A DNA stretch of 64,000 nucleotides, taken from an uncultured Actinomycetes bacterium (GTDB lineage Bacteria > SZUA-79 > Acidulodesulfobacterales > Acidulodesulfobacteraceae). The notes beneath the pieces were generated by a model that worked only from the letters and a program-made list of their open reading frames with translations, ran no database searches and had not been told where the DNA came from. A program made the translations under genes and the position numbers. The stretch lies in contig CAZVZU010000001.1 of assembly GCA_964631685.1 (NCBI GenBank), forward strand, positions 32,001 to 96,000. Reading direction: 5' to 3'. Position 1 is the stretch's first letter. Every line of letters begins with the position of its first letter. Positions 19,879-29,184 of the stretch are shown here, one piece after another.

Positions 19879-20859
19879 ATGATTTCGGAATATTTATCTA
19901 TAAGGCCCAGGAGATTAAGAACATCTTCTAATTTATCCAGACTTGTAAGGGAAGTATCGCTTGAGCCGTCAAAATTTATTATGCCTTACTTTGTAACCCA
20001 CGGAAAATTTATCAAGGAACCTATTAAGACAATGCCGGATCAGTTTCGCTATTCGGTGGATGAACTTATTAAAGAACTTAAACATGTGACCAATCTTGGC
20101 ATCGGCGGGATTCTTCTTTTCGGTGTTCCTGCGCATAAGGACGAGTTAGGTTCGGAAAGTTATTCCGATAATGGTATAGTCCATCAAGCATTAAGGGGGA
20201 TTAAGGATGTTTTTCCCGATTTAATTGTTATTACGGATGTTTGCCTATGTGATTACACTTCACACGGACATTGTGGTATTGTTGATGATAGGGGTTATGT
20301 AAAGAACGACGAAACACTTGAATATTTGGCAAAAATAGCTGTTTCTTATGCCAAAGCCGGCGCGGATATTATAGCGCCGTCCGACATGATGGACGGAAGA
20401 GTGAGAAAAATAAGAAGAGCACTCGATGATGATGGGTTCATAAATATTCCTATAATGTCTTATTCTTCGAAATATTCTTCATCCTTTTACGAACCTTTCA
20501 GGGACGCGGCGGATTGTTCTCCAAAATTCGGTAACAGAAAATCTTATCAGATGGACTATTCAAACTCCGATGAGGCTATTCTTGAGACGCAACTTGATTT
20601 AGACGAAGGCGCAGACATGATTATGGTAAAACCGGCATTAAGCTATCTTGATATTATATACAAGATAAAGCAGGCGTTTAAGAGACCGCTTGCTGCGTAT
20701 AATGTGTCCGGCGAATATTCAATGATAAAAGCCGCGTCTAAGCTTGGTTATTTAAAAGAAGATGCGGCGGCGCTCGAAATGCTCACGTCTATTAAAAGGG
20801 CGGGAGCAGATATTATTATAAGCTATTATTCTCTTTATGTCGCAAAGTTATTACTTTAA
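19879..20859 (+). CDS. hemB: Porphobilinogen synthase (Zn-type)
   Basis: RPRRLR, DVCLCDYTSHGHCG, APSDMMDGR, MVKPAL, YNVSGEY; start moved to ATG 19879 behind GGAGG. Confidence 0.96.
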   Translation: MISEYLSIRPRRLRTSSNLSRLVREVSLEPSKFIMPYFVTHGKFIKEPIKTMPDQFRYSVDELIKELKHVTNLGIGGILLFGVPAHKDELGSESYSDNGIVHQALRGIKDVFPDLIVITDVCLCDYTSHGHCGIVDDRGYVKNDETLEYLAKIAVSYAKAGADIIAPSDMMDGRVRKIRRALDDDGFINIPIMSYSSKYSSSFYEPFRDAADCSPKFGNRKSYQMDYSNSDEAILETQLDLDEGADMIMVKPALSYLDIIYKIKQAFKRPLAAYNVSGEYSMIKAASKLGYLKEDAAALEMLTSIKRAGADIIISYYSLYVAKLLL

Positions 20860-20955
20860 CAAGCTCCAAGTTTGCAAACTTATAGGGTTAAAGGGTAACA
20901 AACATTGATAAAAAATGGGAAGACAAAAAAATAAACGTTATTACCGCGGAGGACG

Positions 20956-22374
20956 ATGCTGAAGAATTATCCGTTGTTTATACACGGCGAATGGATAGAG
21001 AAACAAGAAACTTACGATATAGTGAATCCCTTTAACGATGAGATAATTGCTCTACTAAGCAAGCCTGACAAAGCGGATATTGAATTGGCCGTATCTTCTG
21101 CTGAAAAAGGTTTTTTAAAGGTTAAAAATCTTAATGTATATGAAAGGGTCGAGATACTGGAAGGGACTTGTAAAATTTTAGAGCGAGATTCTAATGAAAT
21201 AGCCTATTTTATATCCCTTGAGGTTGGTAAGGCCTTAAAATATTCCATTATTGAGACGCAACGGGTAGTTAACATATTTAAATTTGCGGCGGAAGAAGCA
21301 AAAAGGCTGCATGGTGAGACCGTGTCCATGGATGTCGTTAGAGGATTTGAGGATAAAATTGCCTTTTATACGAGGGTTCCCATTGGTATTATTGCTGCAA
21401 TTACCCCTTTTAATTTTCCAATAAATCTTCCTGCTCACAAGATTGCCCCTGCGATAGCTGCAGGCAACAGCGTAGTTTTTAAACCATCCATAAATGGTTC
21501 TATTACGGCCTATTATCTTGTGAATGCTTTAATTGAAGCGGGCTTACCTAGGGAGGCTATTAATCTTCTATATGGTGATAGAGATACGGGAGAGGCTATT
21601 GTTACTAACGAAAGCATAAGGATGGTCAGCTTCACCGGAAGTCATAATGTAGGCAGAGAGATAATGATGAAGGGTGGCCTTAAAAAATACACTATGGAGT
21701 TAGGGAGTAATTCTGCTCTTATTATTGATAAATCGGCGGATATTATTAAAGCTGCTAAAAAAGCAGTGATCGGATCGTTTTACAATTCCGGTCAGGTGTG
21801 TGTCTCTCTTCAAAGGATATATGTCCATAAGGATGTAGAGAAAGACTTCGTAGAATATTTTATCAAGGAGACTAAAAAAATAAAAGTAGGTAATCCTATC
21901 GATGAAGATACGGATATAGGTCCTATTATTAACCCTGAGTCAAAACAGAGGATAGCGGATTGGATCGCCGAGGCCGTGAAAGAGGGCGCAGAGGTAGAAC
22001 TTGGCGGAGATTTTAATGGAAACATTATGAACCCTACTATATTTTCCAATGTTGACCCTAATATGAAAATATCATGTCTTGAGGTATTTGCTCCTGTTGT
22101 TTCTGTTGTTGGTTTTACCGATATTTCCGAGGCAGTGCGTCTTGTGAATGATTCAATATATGGACTTCAGGCCGGTATCTACACCAATGATATTAAAAAT
22201 GCATTATACTGCATTAAACACATCGATGTGGGAGGAATTTTAATAAATGACATTCCGACGACAAGGGCGGATCATCAGCCGTACGGCGGTGTTAAAAAAT
22301 CCGGACTCGGCAGAGAAGGCATGAAATATGCCGTAGAAGAAATGACCGATCTTAAATTTGTAAGCTTCAGTTAG
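20956..22374 (+). CDS. NAD(P)-dependent aldehyde dehydrogenase
   Basis: ITPFNFP, FTGS, MELGSN (catalytic Glu), GQVC (catalytic Cys), EVFAPV, PYGGVKKSGLGREG. Confidence 0.93.
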   Translation: MLKNYPLFIHGEWIEKQETYDIVNPFNDEIIALLSKPDKADIELAVSSAEKGFLKVKNLNVYERVEILEGTCKILERDSNEIAYFISLEVGKALKYSIIETQRVVNIFKFAAEEAKRLHGETVSMDVVRGFEDKIAFYTRVPIGIIAAITPFNFPINLPAHKIAPAIAAGNSVVFKPSINGSITAYYLVNALIEAGLPREAINLLYGDRDTGEAIVTNESIRMVSFTGSHNVGREIMMKGGLKKYTMELGSNSALIIDKSADIIKAAKKAVIGSFYNSGQVCVSLQRIYVHKDVEKDFVEYFIKETKKIKVGNPIDEDTDIGPIINPESKQRIADWIAEAVKEGAEVELGGDFNGNIMNPTIFSNVDPNMKISCLEVFAPVVSVVGFTDISEAVRLVNDSIYGLQAGIYTNDIKNALYCIKHIDVGGILINDIPTTRADHQPYGGVKKSGLGREGMKYAVEEMTDLKFVSFS

Positions 22375-22409
22375 TGATATATTTGGCTAGATGTCTAATA
22401 CCGCCCGTT

Positions 22410-23381
22410 TTAATTTAGGTCGAGGGCTTTTTTAAAAAATAATTCGGCATCCTTTGACCTGCCGGAATTCTTTAAGCATCTCGCATACTCGTAGAAATAT
22501 CTTGGATTGCATTGGTTATACATTAGTGCTTTTTTAAAATATTCCAGGGCGATGTCATAATAAGCAGTTAGTTCGCTGTATATTTTATCGTCAAAAATTG
22601 GATTGTATATATTCTTATTTTTGTCAGCGTGTTGAAAACCCTTTATCTCGGAAAGTTTTTTTTCATTTTTTATATAAAACAAATCTATTAGCTCATCTAA
22701 TACAAATAATCCTCCCATGAAAAACATTTCATCTTTTGAATAAAGGCTATCTGCCCGTTCTTTCCAAAAATTAAGTATTTGAAAAAATTTTTCATACATT
22801 TGGTTAAAGAGGATAATATTAAAACCGTCGTATATTTCATTTTTGTCAGCCCTTCTGAACTCTTCAAACGGGTCTTCCTCATTGTTCCGCAAATGTTCGT
22901 TCCGCAAATAGTTTTCCGTTTTCTCCCTGTCATTGTTAGTTAAAAATGGAATTTCTCTACTAAAAATCATCAAGTTATAAAAAAATGTCAATTTACCTAA
23001 TTCTTTATTGTAAAATAAAAATTCACATAAATCGTAAAGATATGGACTGAAATAGTCTTTATCCTTTAGTTTTGGAGATATTTTCCAAATTTCAATGTAT
23101 ACACTTACAAGCTCATTGGTATATTTCTTATTATATTTTGCGAGTTTTTTAAATGCATTGATAAGAATCTCATAATAATTCTCTATCAATTCATCAAACA
23201 ATATAGCCGTTTTATTTGCCGGCAATCCCTTAATTTTTTGATGATATTCTTTGTCTATGTCGTGTGAATGCTTAAATATATCAATATATTTTTTTAATTC
23301 ATTAAAGGTCGGTTTTGTGCGCCCCGTTGGCCGACTATATTTAATTTTTTTTATGTTGTCGATATTTTTTATATCTTTCAT
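22410..23381 (-). CDS. Hypothetical alpha-helical protein with C-terminal TPR-like repeats
   Basis: 323-aa ORF; ends ...YDIALEYFKKALMYNQCNPRYFYEYARCLKNSGRSKDAELFFKKALDLN (TPR spacing). Confidence 0.7.
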   Translation of the reverse strand: MKDIKNIDNIKKIKYSRPTGRTKPTFNELKKYIDIFKHSHDIDKEYHQKIKGLPANKTAILFDELIENYYEILINAFKKLAKYNKKYTNELVSVYIEIWKISPKLKDKDYFSPYLYDLCEFLFYNKELGKLTFFYNLMIFSREIPFLTNNDREKTENYLRNEHLRNNEEDPFEEFRRADKNEIYDGFNIILFNQMYEKFFQILNFWKERADSLYSKDEMFFMGGLFVLDELIDLFYIKNEKKLSEIKGFQHADKNKNIYNPIFDDKIYSELTAYYDIALEYFKKALMYNQCNPRYFYEYARCLKNSGRSKDAELFFKKALDLN

Positions 23382-23404
23382 ATAATTTAAATTTTTTTGA
23401 TGTT

Positions 23405-24694
23405 TTATGTGCTAGTAGGCAGTTCTTTGACGAAATTATTTAATGCAGTTTTTACAATATCTTTATCCTCTTTGTTATCTGGTTTTATTTTTTTTGTAAC
23501 TAACCTAAACTCCTCACCTGTTTTATGGTCCATAAACAACATCTTAATCTTATTTGTTTTATTTACTAACACAGTGAGTCTTAATGCAGAATGGGATTCA
23601 ACATCTAACCTTAAGGTATTTGCAAGTATTTTAGTGCTCAAGTCCATATTCTCTGTATCGTTAATGAGTTTGCTGGCATTTTCTTTTCCGACACTTGTAT
23701 TTTTAATATCGGTGTTTATCTGTTCGCTTTTAATCTTTGAATTGTATAATTCTCGGTATATCGAACTATTCTTATCCAGAAGAAGCTTATAAGAATCGAC
23801 AAGCTTATGAGTATGTTCACTTAAAGCAACATAGTTTTTGACATTTTCACGCCCTCCGTCTTGAAGTTGCGTTATATGGTGTACCTGAATTTTATTATTC
23901 TTATCATTAATGTTTAAGCTTGGTATATCTCTTGTTTTTATATAATCTTTTATTTTTTGCCAATTATGGATAGATTCCATCTCAATGACGCTTTTCCCGT
24001 TAATGCTTACCTTGACATTTTTAAATCCGTCAATTGTCTTTCCATAATTTTGCAATGCTCCGAGGTTGGGTCTATGGCTGTTTAAACTATTATTATTTTT
24101 AGTTTCATTTTTGAAATCGTAAACCGACGGCATTTCAAAAATGCCATATTCTATCTTTTTATAATAACCTGAATGTTTAATAATAATAGTACCTGGAGAT
24201 ATGTCATTAGGGTCTATATTTATGTCATTTTGTTTCAGAGAAAAATAATTTTTCAGGGTCAAATCGGATAATTTAAATTCATTATTAAGGCTATGATTTT
24301 CTTTAAAATTATCTGCCCGTCTTTTTTGATTGATCTCCAGAAATTTGTCTTTAGACATTATGATATTTTTTATAGTAGTATTTCTGCCATATACAGTCAT
24401 TGATTGAAATGAAATTCCTTGGACCTCTATAAAATTGTCTTTAATAAATATATCGTTATAATTTTTTTTTATATCATTATCTACCAAACCATAAGTGTTA
24501 CACAAAAATGTTTCATCGTTTTTAACGATAAAACCTGAATTTAAAATGGATTTAATCTCATTTTCTCCAATGGCAATGCTTTCTGTTTTGCTCCTATTAT
24601 TCAAAACAGGGCTTAAAGTGCTTAGGTTTGTCTCGTTATTTGTCTTGTTCTCTTTGCTAAAGAATATACTTCGTTCTTTAATATTTAAATCCAT
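23405..24694 (-). CDS. Hypothetical protein with internal HNH-endonuclease-like motif
   Basis: VHHITQLQDGGRENVKNYVALSEHTH at 23807-23884; likely start ATG 24694 (GGAG about 12 nt upstream) rather than TTG 24727. Confidence 0.7.
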   Translation of the reverse strand: MDLNIKERSIFFSKENKTNNETNLSTLSPVLNNRSKTESIAIGENEIKSILNSGFIVKNDETFLCNTYGLVDNDIKKNYNDIFIKDNFIEVQGISFQSMTVYGRNTTIKNIIMSKDKFLEINQKRRADNFKENHSLNNEFKLSDLTLKNYFSLKQNDINIDPNDISPGTIIIKHSGYYKKIEYGIFEMPSVYDFKNETKNNNSLNSHRPNLGALQNYGKTIDGFKNVKVSINGKSVIEMESIHNWQKIKDYIKTRDIPSLNINDKNNKIQVHHITQLQDGGRENVKNYVALSEHTHKLVDSYKLLLDKNSSIYRELYNSKIKSEQINTDIKNTSVGKENASKLINDTENMDLSTKILANTLRLDVESHSALRLTVLVNKTNKIKMLFMDHKTGEEFRLVTKKIKPDNKEDKDIVKTALNNFVKELPTST

Positions 24695-24862
24695 AATCTG
24701 CGTAGCTCCATAGAAGCAATATAGCAAAAAAATGTTTCAATATTATGAAGGTTATGTTGCATTTTCATTAAAGTTTTATTAAAAAATGATTTAAAAAGTG
24801 GGGCTAAATATGTTAGTATATACGTCAAAAGTAATACATCTTAAAACAATAAAGACGGCCCG

Positions 24863-26365
24863 ATGTTGGAAAAAAATATAAACAAAAATAACGACTTATA
24901 CATCTATAATACAGCTATATTATCAAAGAAACTTTTTAAACCGATACGCGAGGGTCGTGTTTTAATGTATGTTTGCGGTATCACGGCCTATGATTTGTCG
25001 CACATTGGGCACGCGCGTGCCTACGTTACTTTCGATATTATATATCGATATTTAAAGAATCTAGGTTACGACGTTATATATGTAAGAAATTTTACGGATA
25101 TAGATGATAAAATAATTAAAAAGGCGCAAAAAGAAAATACAACCGTGAGCTTGATATCCACAAAATATATAGACGAGTATCATAAAGATATGAACGCGCT
25201 TTCAGTTTTAACGCCCACATATGAGCCTAGGGCTACAGAGACCATACAAGAAATGATAGATCTAATAAAAGGTCTAGTAGATAAAGGAAATGCATATGAA
25301 AAAAGTGGAGATGTTTTTTTTAGGGTTAATTCTTTCAAGGAATACGGGAAGCTTTCTCACAAGAATATTGACGAACTTTTGGCAGGTGCAAGAATCCCTT
25401 TAAATGAAGATAAGGAAAACCTTCTCGATTTTGCTTTATGGAAAAGATCTAAGCACGGCGAACCCTCTTGGGATAGTCCGTGGGGAAAAGGAAGACCGGG
25501 TTGGCATATAGAATGCTCTGCAATGAGCATGAAGTTTTTAGGAGAAAGCGTAGATATACATGGAGGAGGATCCGACCTAATATTCCCGCACCATGAAAAC
25601 GAGATAGCACAATCGGAGAGCTATACCGGAAACAAATTTGTAAATTATTGGATTCATAATGGATTTGTTAATATAAATAACGAAAAGATGTCCAAGTCGC
25701 TTAAAAATTTTATTACGATTAGAGATTTACTTGAAAAATACCATCCTGAAGCCATAAGATTATTTTTTATGTTTACGCATTATAGATCGTTTATGGATTT
25801 TTCAGATGAGGGTGTTGAAAGCGCGAAGCAAAGCCTTTCAAGACTCTACCGCGCTATGAATTTATATGAGGATTTTAAAAACAAAATTGATGAAAAAAAC
25901 ATAAAGATTGAGAATAAGGATAAAAAAACACTTGATTTAGAAAAAGATGTCCAAGATTTTTATGATGCCATGAATGATGATTTTAATACCCCATCTGCTT
26001 TATCCGTTATATTTAATCTCATAAGAAAAACCAACAAGATTATTAATGATTCTTTGTTAAACGGTCTTATAAGTGCTGGGGACATGAAATTTTTAGACAA
26101 GACATTCCTATTAATCAATAAAATGTCCGATATATTCGGGATTCTTAAAGAATCTCCTAAACTTTTCATAGAAACCAACCTTAAAGATACATCTGGTATA
26201 TCGTTGGCAAAAGAAGAGATAGAAATACTAATAGAGAAACGTAATATGTTAAGGCAAAAAAAGGAATATAAAGCGGCAGATGAAATTAGAAATGCACTGT
26301 TGGAAATGGGGGTATTATTGGAAGATTCCAATTGTAATACCGCATTTAAAATAATAGACAAATAG
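24863..26365 (+). CDS. cysS: Cysteine--tRNA ligase
   Basis: YVCGIT, HIGH, PGWHIECSAM, DIHGGG.DL.FPHHENE, KMSKS, DDFNTP. Confidence 0.97.
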   Translation: MLEKNINKNNDLYIYNTAILSKKLFKPIREGRVLMYVCGITAYDLSHIGHARAYVTFDIIYRYLKNLGYDVIYVRNFTDIDDKIIKKAQKENTTVSLISTKYIDEYHKDMNALSVLTPTYEPRATETIQEMIDLIKGLVDKGNAYEKSGDVFFRVNSFKEYGKLSHKNIDELLAGARIPLNEDKENLLDFALWKRSKHGEPSWDSPWGKGRPGWHIECSAMSMKFLGESVDIHGGGSDLIFPHHENEIAQSESYTGNKFVNYWIHNGFVNINNEKMSKSLKNFITIRDLLEKYHPEAIRLFFMFTHYRSFMDFSDEGVESAKQSLSRLYRAMNLYEDFKNKIDEKNIKIENKDKKTLDLEKDVQDFYDAMNDDFNTPSALSVIFNLIRKTNKIINDSLLNGLISAGDMKFLDKTFLLINKMSDIFGILKESPKLFIETNLKDTSGISLAKEEIEILIEKRNMLRQKKEYKAADEIRNALLEMGVLLEDSNCNTAFKIIDK

Positions 26366-26395
26366 AATAACAATAGGTGGATTAAAGGCTATAAT

Positions 26396-26590
26396 ATGAA
26401 TGTCAAAGAAATGACTGAAGAGTTTCTTGTTTGCCCAAAATGCCGAGGGCAGCTTGAATATGTGTCGTCAAAAGAGGCTAACGAGAATGGAAAAAAAATA
26501 TTACTTTGCAGGGCATGCGGAGAGTATTATCCTATAGAAAATGGCATTCCGATACTTCTCGTAGAGGAAGCCGAAAAAATAAATCAATAA
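26396..26590 (+). CDS. Trm112/YcaR-family small zinc-binding protein
   Basis: LVCPKCRG...LCRACGEYYPIENGIPILL. Confidence 0.88.
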   Translation: MNVKEMTEEFLVCPKCRGQLEYVSSKEANENGKKILLCRACGEYYPIENGIPILLVEEAEKINQ

Positions 26591-26624
26591 TCTTGCAGAC
26601 CGCGAGGTTTTCCGTGGTGTAGGG

Positions 26625-27932
26625 ATGAATAGTTTTATTAAAATCAGACAGATCCTGTCACTTGATAAAGTCCTTTTTGCAAAAATCAAGAAAGATATGA
26701 GTGATGGCGATTCTGCGCCTAAGAGATTCTGGCTTTTTGCAGAGTCGCTTGGTGAGTTTAGGCTGGCTTTATATATCGTAAGTATTATTAGCAATATGAC
26801 GAGGGATGATAATAAAAAAAATATAAATAAGCCACTGTTTTTTATTAGCTTGAAAACCAGCTCTGCATACATGCTTGCTAAAAAAATGCTGCGATCTTCT
26901 TCTATATTTAATAACATTGTGTATTTTTTCCATCCGGCAAGTATTTTAAAAAAAATCTCAGGTGCCTATATATCGGCAATTAGACCTGACTATTTTATTT
27001 CTATTGAACACATTGTATCCGGACATTTAATAAATGAGCTTGTAAAGATAAATACGAGCATATGCTTTCTTGGGATTGACCCCGCTTGTTTTAAGAAAAT
27101 AAAGATACGCTCGGCAAGCGGTTTGCGGCCTATATTGATAACGGTTTCGAATGAGGATAAAAAAAAATTTGCGGAAAAAATTGTATCACGTAATTCCATG
27201 GGTAAATTTTTCAAGATAGTTGTGTTACCCGAATCTTTAAAATTCAACATAGGTTTTAACACTGCAACCAAAAATAATAATTTAGATGCTAAATATAAAA
27301 ACAACAATCTAGTGATATCCTTTGTGTCCATACATAAAAAAGAATCAAAATTTATTGTTGAATTAATAAAGGAAATGGTTGCCGACAACAACCTAATCAA
27401 AAACTATAATTTGAAATTTATCTTTGTTCCGAGAAATATCAAAATAGCACCAAAATTATTCAGGTTCGTTTCGAATTATAATCTTATGCCTGTATATCTT
27501 AAAGATTTAGCCAATAACAATGTGAAGGATGAATTTTTAACAAATAGCGACATTAAATCACTCATTGTAGATGATTACGGTAGTCTTGGTATGATATATC
27601 CATTGTCGGATATCGTCTATGTTGGGAAAAGTCTATATAAAAGCGAAAAGGGCGGGCATAATATGATAGAGCCGGCGTCTTTTGGGCGAGCTGTTATGAC
27701 AGGAAGTTATGCGTCTAATTTTCGTAATGTTATTACTGATATGTTGGATAGTAATGCCATATCGGTTGTTACAGAGCAAAATTTTAAAGATAAATTGTAC
27801 AAACTTATAATTAACGATAAATTGAGGCACAATATGGGCTTAAATGCGTTGCAATATTACATTGAAAGGACAAATAAATCGAAGAAGGCATTGACGGACT
27901 GTTTGTCTGCTAATTTTATAACGACAATATGA
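26625..27932 (+). CDS. waaA: Divergent Kdo transferase (WaaA/KdtA, GT30-like)
   Basis: Degenerate family motifs FAESLGE, SLKF, SIH..E, FVPRN, DDYGSLGMIY..SDIVYVGKSL...GGHNMIEPA. Confidence 0.72.
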   Translation: MNSFIKIRQILSLDKVLFAKIKKDMSDGDSAPKRFWLFAESLGEFRLALYIVSIISNMTRDDNKKNINKPLFFISLKTSSAYMLAKKMLRSSSIFNNIVYFFHPASILKKISGAYISAIRPDYFISIEHIVSGHLINELVKINTSICFLGIDPACFKKIKIRSASGLRPILITVSNEDKKKFAEKIVSRNSMGKFFKIVVLPESLKFNIGFNTATKNNNLDAKYKNNNLVISFVSIHKKESKFIVELIKEMVADNNLIKNYNLKFIFVPRNIKIAPKLFRFVSNYNLMPVYLKDLANNNVKDEFLTNSDIKSLIVDDYGSLGMIYPLSDIVYVGKSLYKSEKGGHNMIEPASFGRAVMTGSYASNFRNVITDMLDSNAISVVTEQNFKDKLYKLIINDKLRHNMGLNALQYYIERTNKSKKALTDCLSANFITTI

Positions 27933-29161
27933 ATATACTAACATCTAGTTTCATTCTTGAATTAATTTTATTTTTTTTAATATTCCTTGTTGTCTTGTTT
28001 TGTATCAGGGTAATATTTTTCAAATTAAAGATTAATTTTTTAAGCCGTAAGGATTTAAGTAAAGGCGAAAATCCTGTTGATCTGAGCGGTATAATTCATT
28101 TTCATACAGTTTATTCGGATGGTTCGGGAGAGATTAAAGACATCATAGACATAGCGAAAAGGCTTGATGCAGATTTTGTGATATCATCTGATCATAATAC
28201 GTTGAGGCCTAAATATGATGGTTTAGAGGGGTATTACGGTAAGCTCGTCTATTTTGCAGGGGAAGAAATAAATACCGAGTTCGGGCACTTTTTGGCAATT
28301 GGTATAAATGATGAAATTAAAAGAGGGACATATAAGAATGTTCTTTCCGAAATTAATAAACAAAATGGCGTATCTGTAATTTGTCATCCCCATAACTGGT
28401 GGACACCATGGAAAAATTTCAAGGTAAAGGGTTATAACGGAATTGAGATTATAAACCTTGATTCTCAATGGAGAGGCATGAACCCATTGTATATACTCGT
28501 AGTTTTTTTAACATATAGGATAAATCCATTTTATGCAATGCATTTTTTATCTCATAAACCAAAAAAAACCATAAAATTTTGGGATAACGTTCAAAAACAT
28601 AGTGATTTAAAAACAGGTATAGCATCAACGGATGCGCATTCCAATGTTAAAATAACAAAGAATTTCAGGGTTAAGATACCTAAATATGAAGAGTTACTTG
28701 CAGTGGCGAGGACACATGTTTTTCTCGATGATGCCCTTTCCGGAAATCTTGAACTTGATAAAAAACGTATTGCCGGGGCAATAAAAAAAGGGAAATGCTA
28801 TTTTTCATACGACATGTTTGGACGTCCCCAAGGGTTTTTCTTTAAAATATTTTATCTTGATGAACTCTGTGTTAGCGGGGATACTCTGAATATAGACAAA
28901 AAAGATAAAAATGTTATAATACATTCCGGCATTGATATCAATCCTGATATGAATAAGTTTGTTATAAATTTATTTCGCAATGGTGAAAAAATATATTCTT
29001 CTAAAAATAAAAATTTAACGCTAAAGCTGGATACCGCCACGTTTAAAAGCGGGGATAGCTTTTCGTACTCCTCTTTTTTCAGGGTTGAGGTAGATGTTTA
29101 TTTCGGATACAAAAAGATAACATATCTTTATTCCAACAACATTGAGGTAAGGCTTTGTTAA
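27929..29161 (+). CDS. Membrane-anchored PHP-domain metallo-phosphoesterase
   Basis: N-terminal hydrophobic helix; HFHTVYSDG, SDHN, GEEI...GH, CHPH, STDAH; ATGA overlap with waaA. Confidence 0.82.
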   Translation: MNILTSSFILELILFFLIFLVVLFCIRVIFFKLKINFLSRKDLSKGENPVDLSGIIHFHTVYSDGSGEIKDIIDIAKRLDADFVISSDHNTLRPKYDGLEGYYGKLVYFAGEEINTEFGHFLAIGINDEIKRGTYKNVLSEINKQNGVSVICHPHNWWTPWKNFKVKGYNGIEIINLDSQWRGMNPLYILVVFLTYRINPFYAMHFLSHKPKKTIKFWDNVQKHSDLKTGIASTDAHSNVKITKNFRVKIPKYEELLAVARTHVFLDDALSGNLELDKKRIAGAIKKGKCYFSYDMFGRPQGFFFKIFYLDELCVSGDTLNIDKKDKNVIIHSGIDINPDMNKFVINLFRNGEKIYSSKNKNLTLKLDTATFKSGDSFSYSSFFRVEVDVYFGYKKITYLYSNNIEVRLC

Positions 29162-29184
29162 ATTTTAATTAATAGTATAAAAAT

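Noticed and set aside
22884..22909. Direct repeat GTTCCGCAAAT x2 (15-bp period)
   Set aside because: Only two copies, in-frame coding duplication (YLRNE/HLRNN); not a CRISPR or att site
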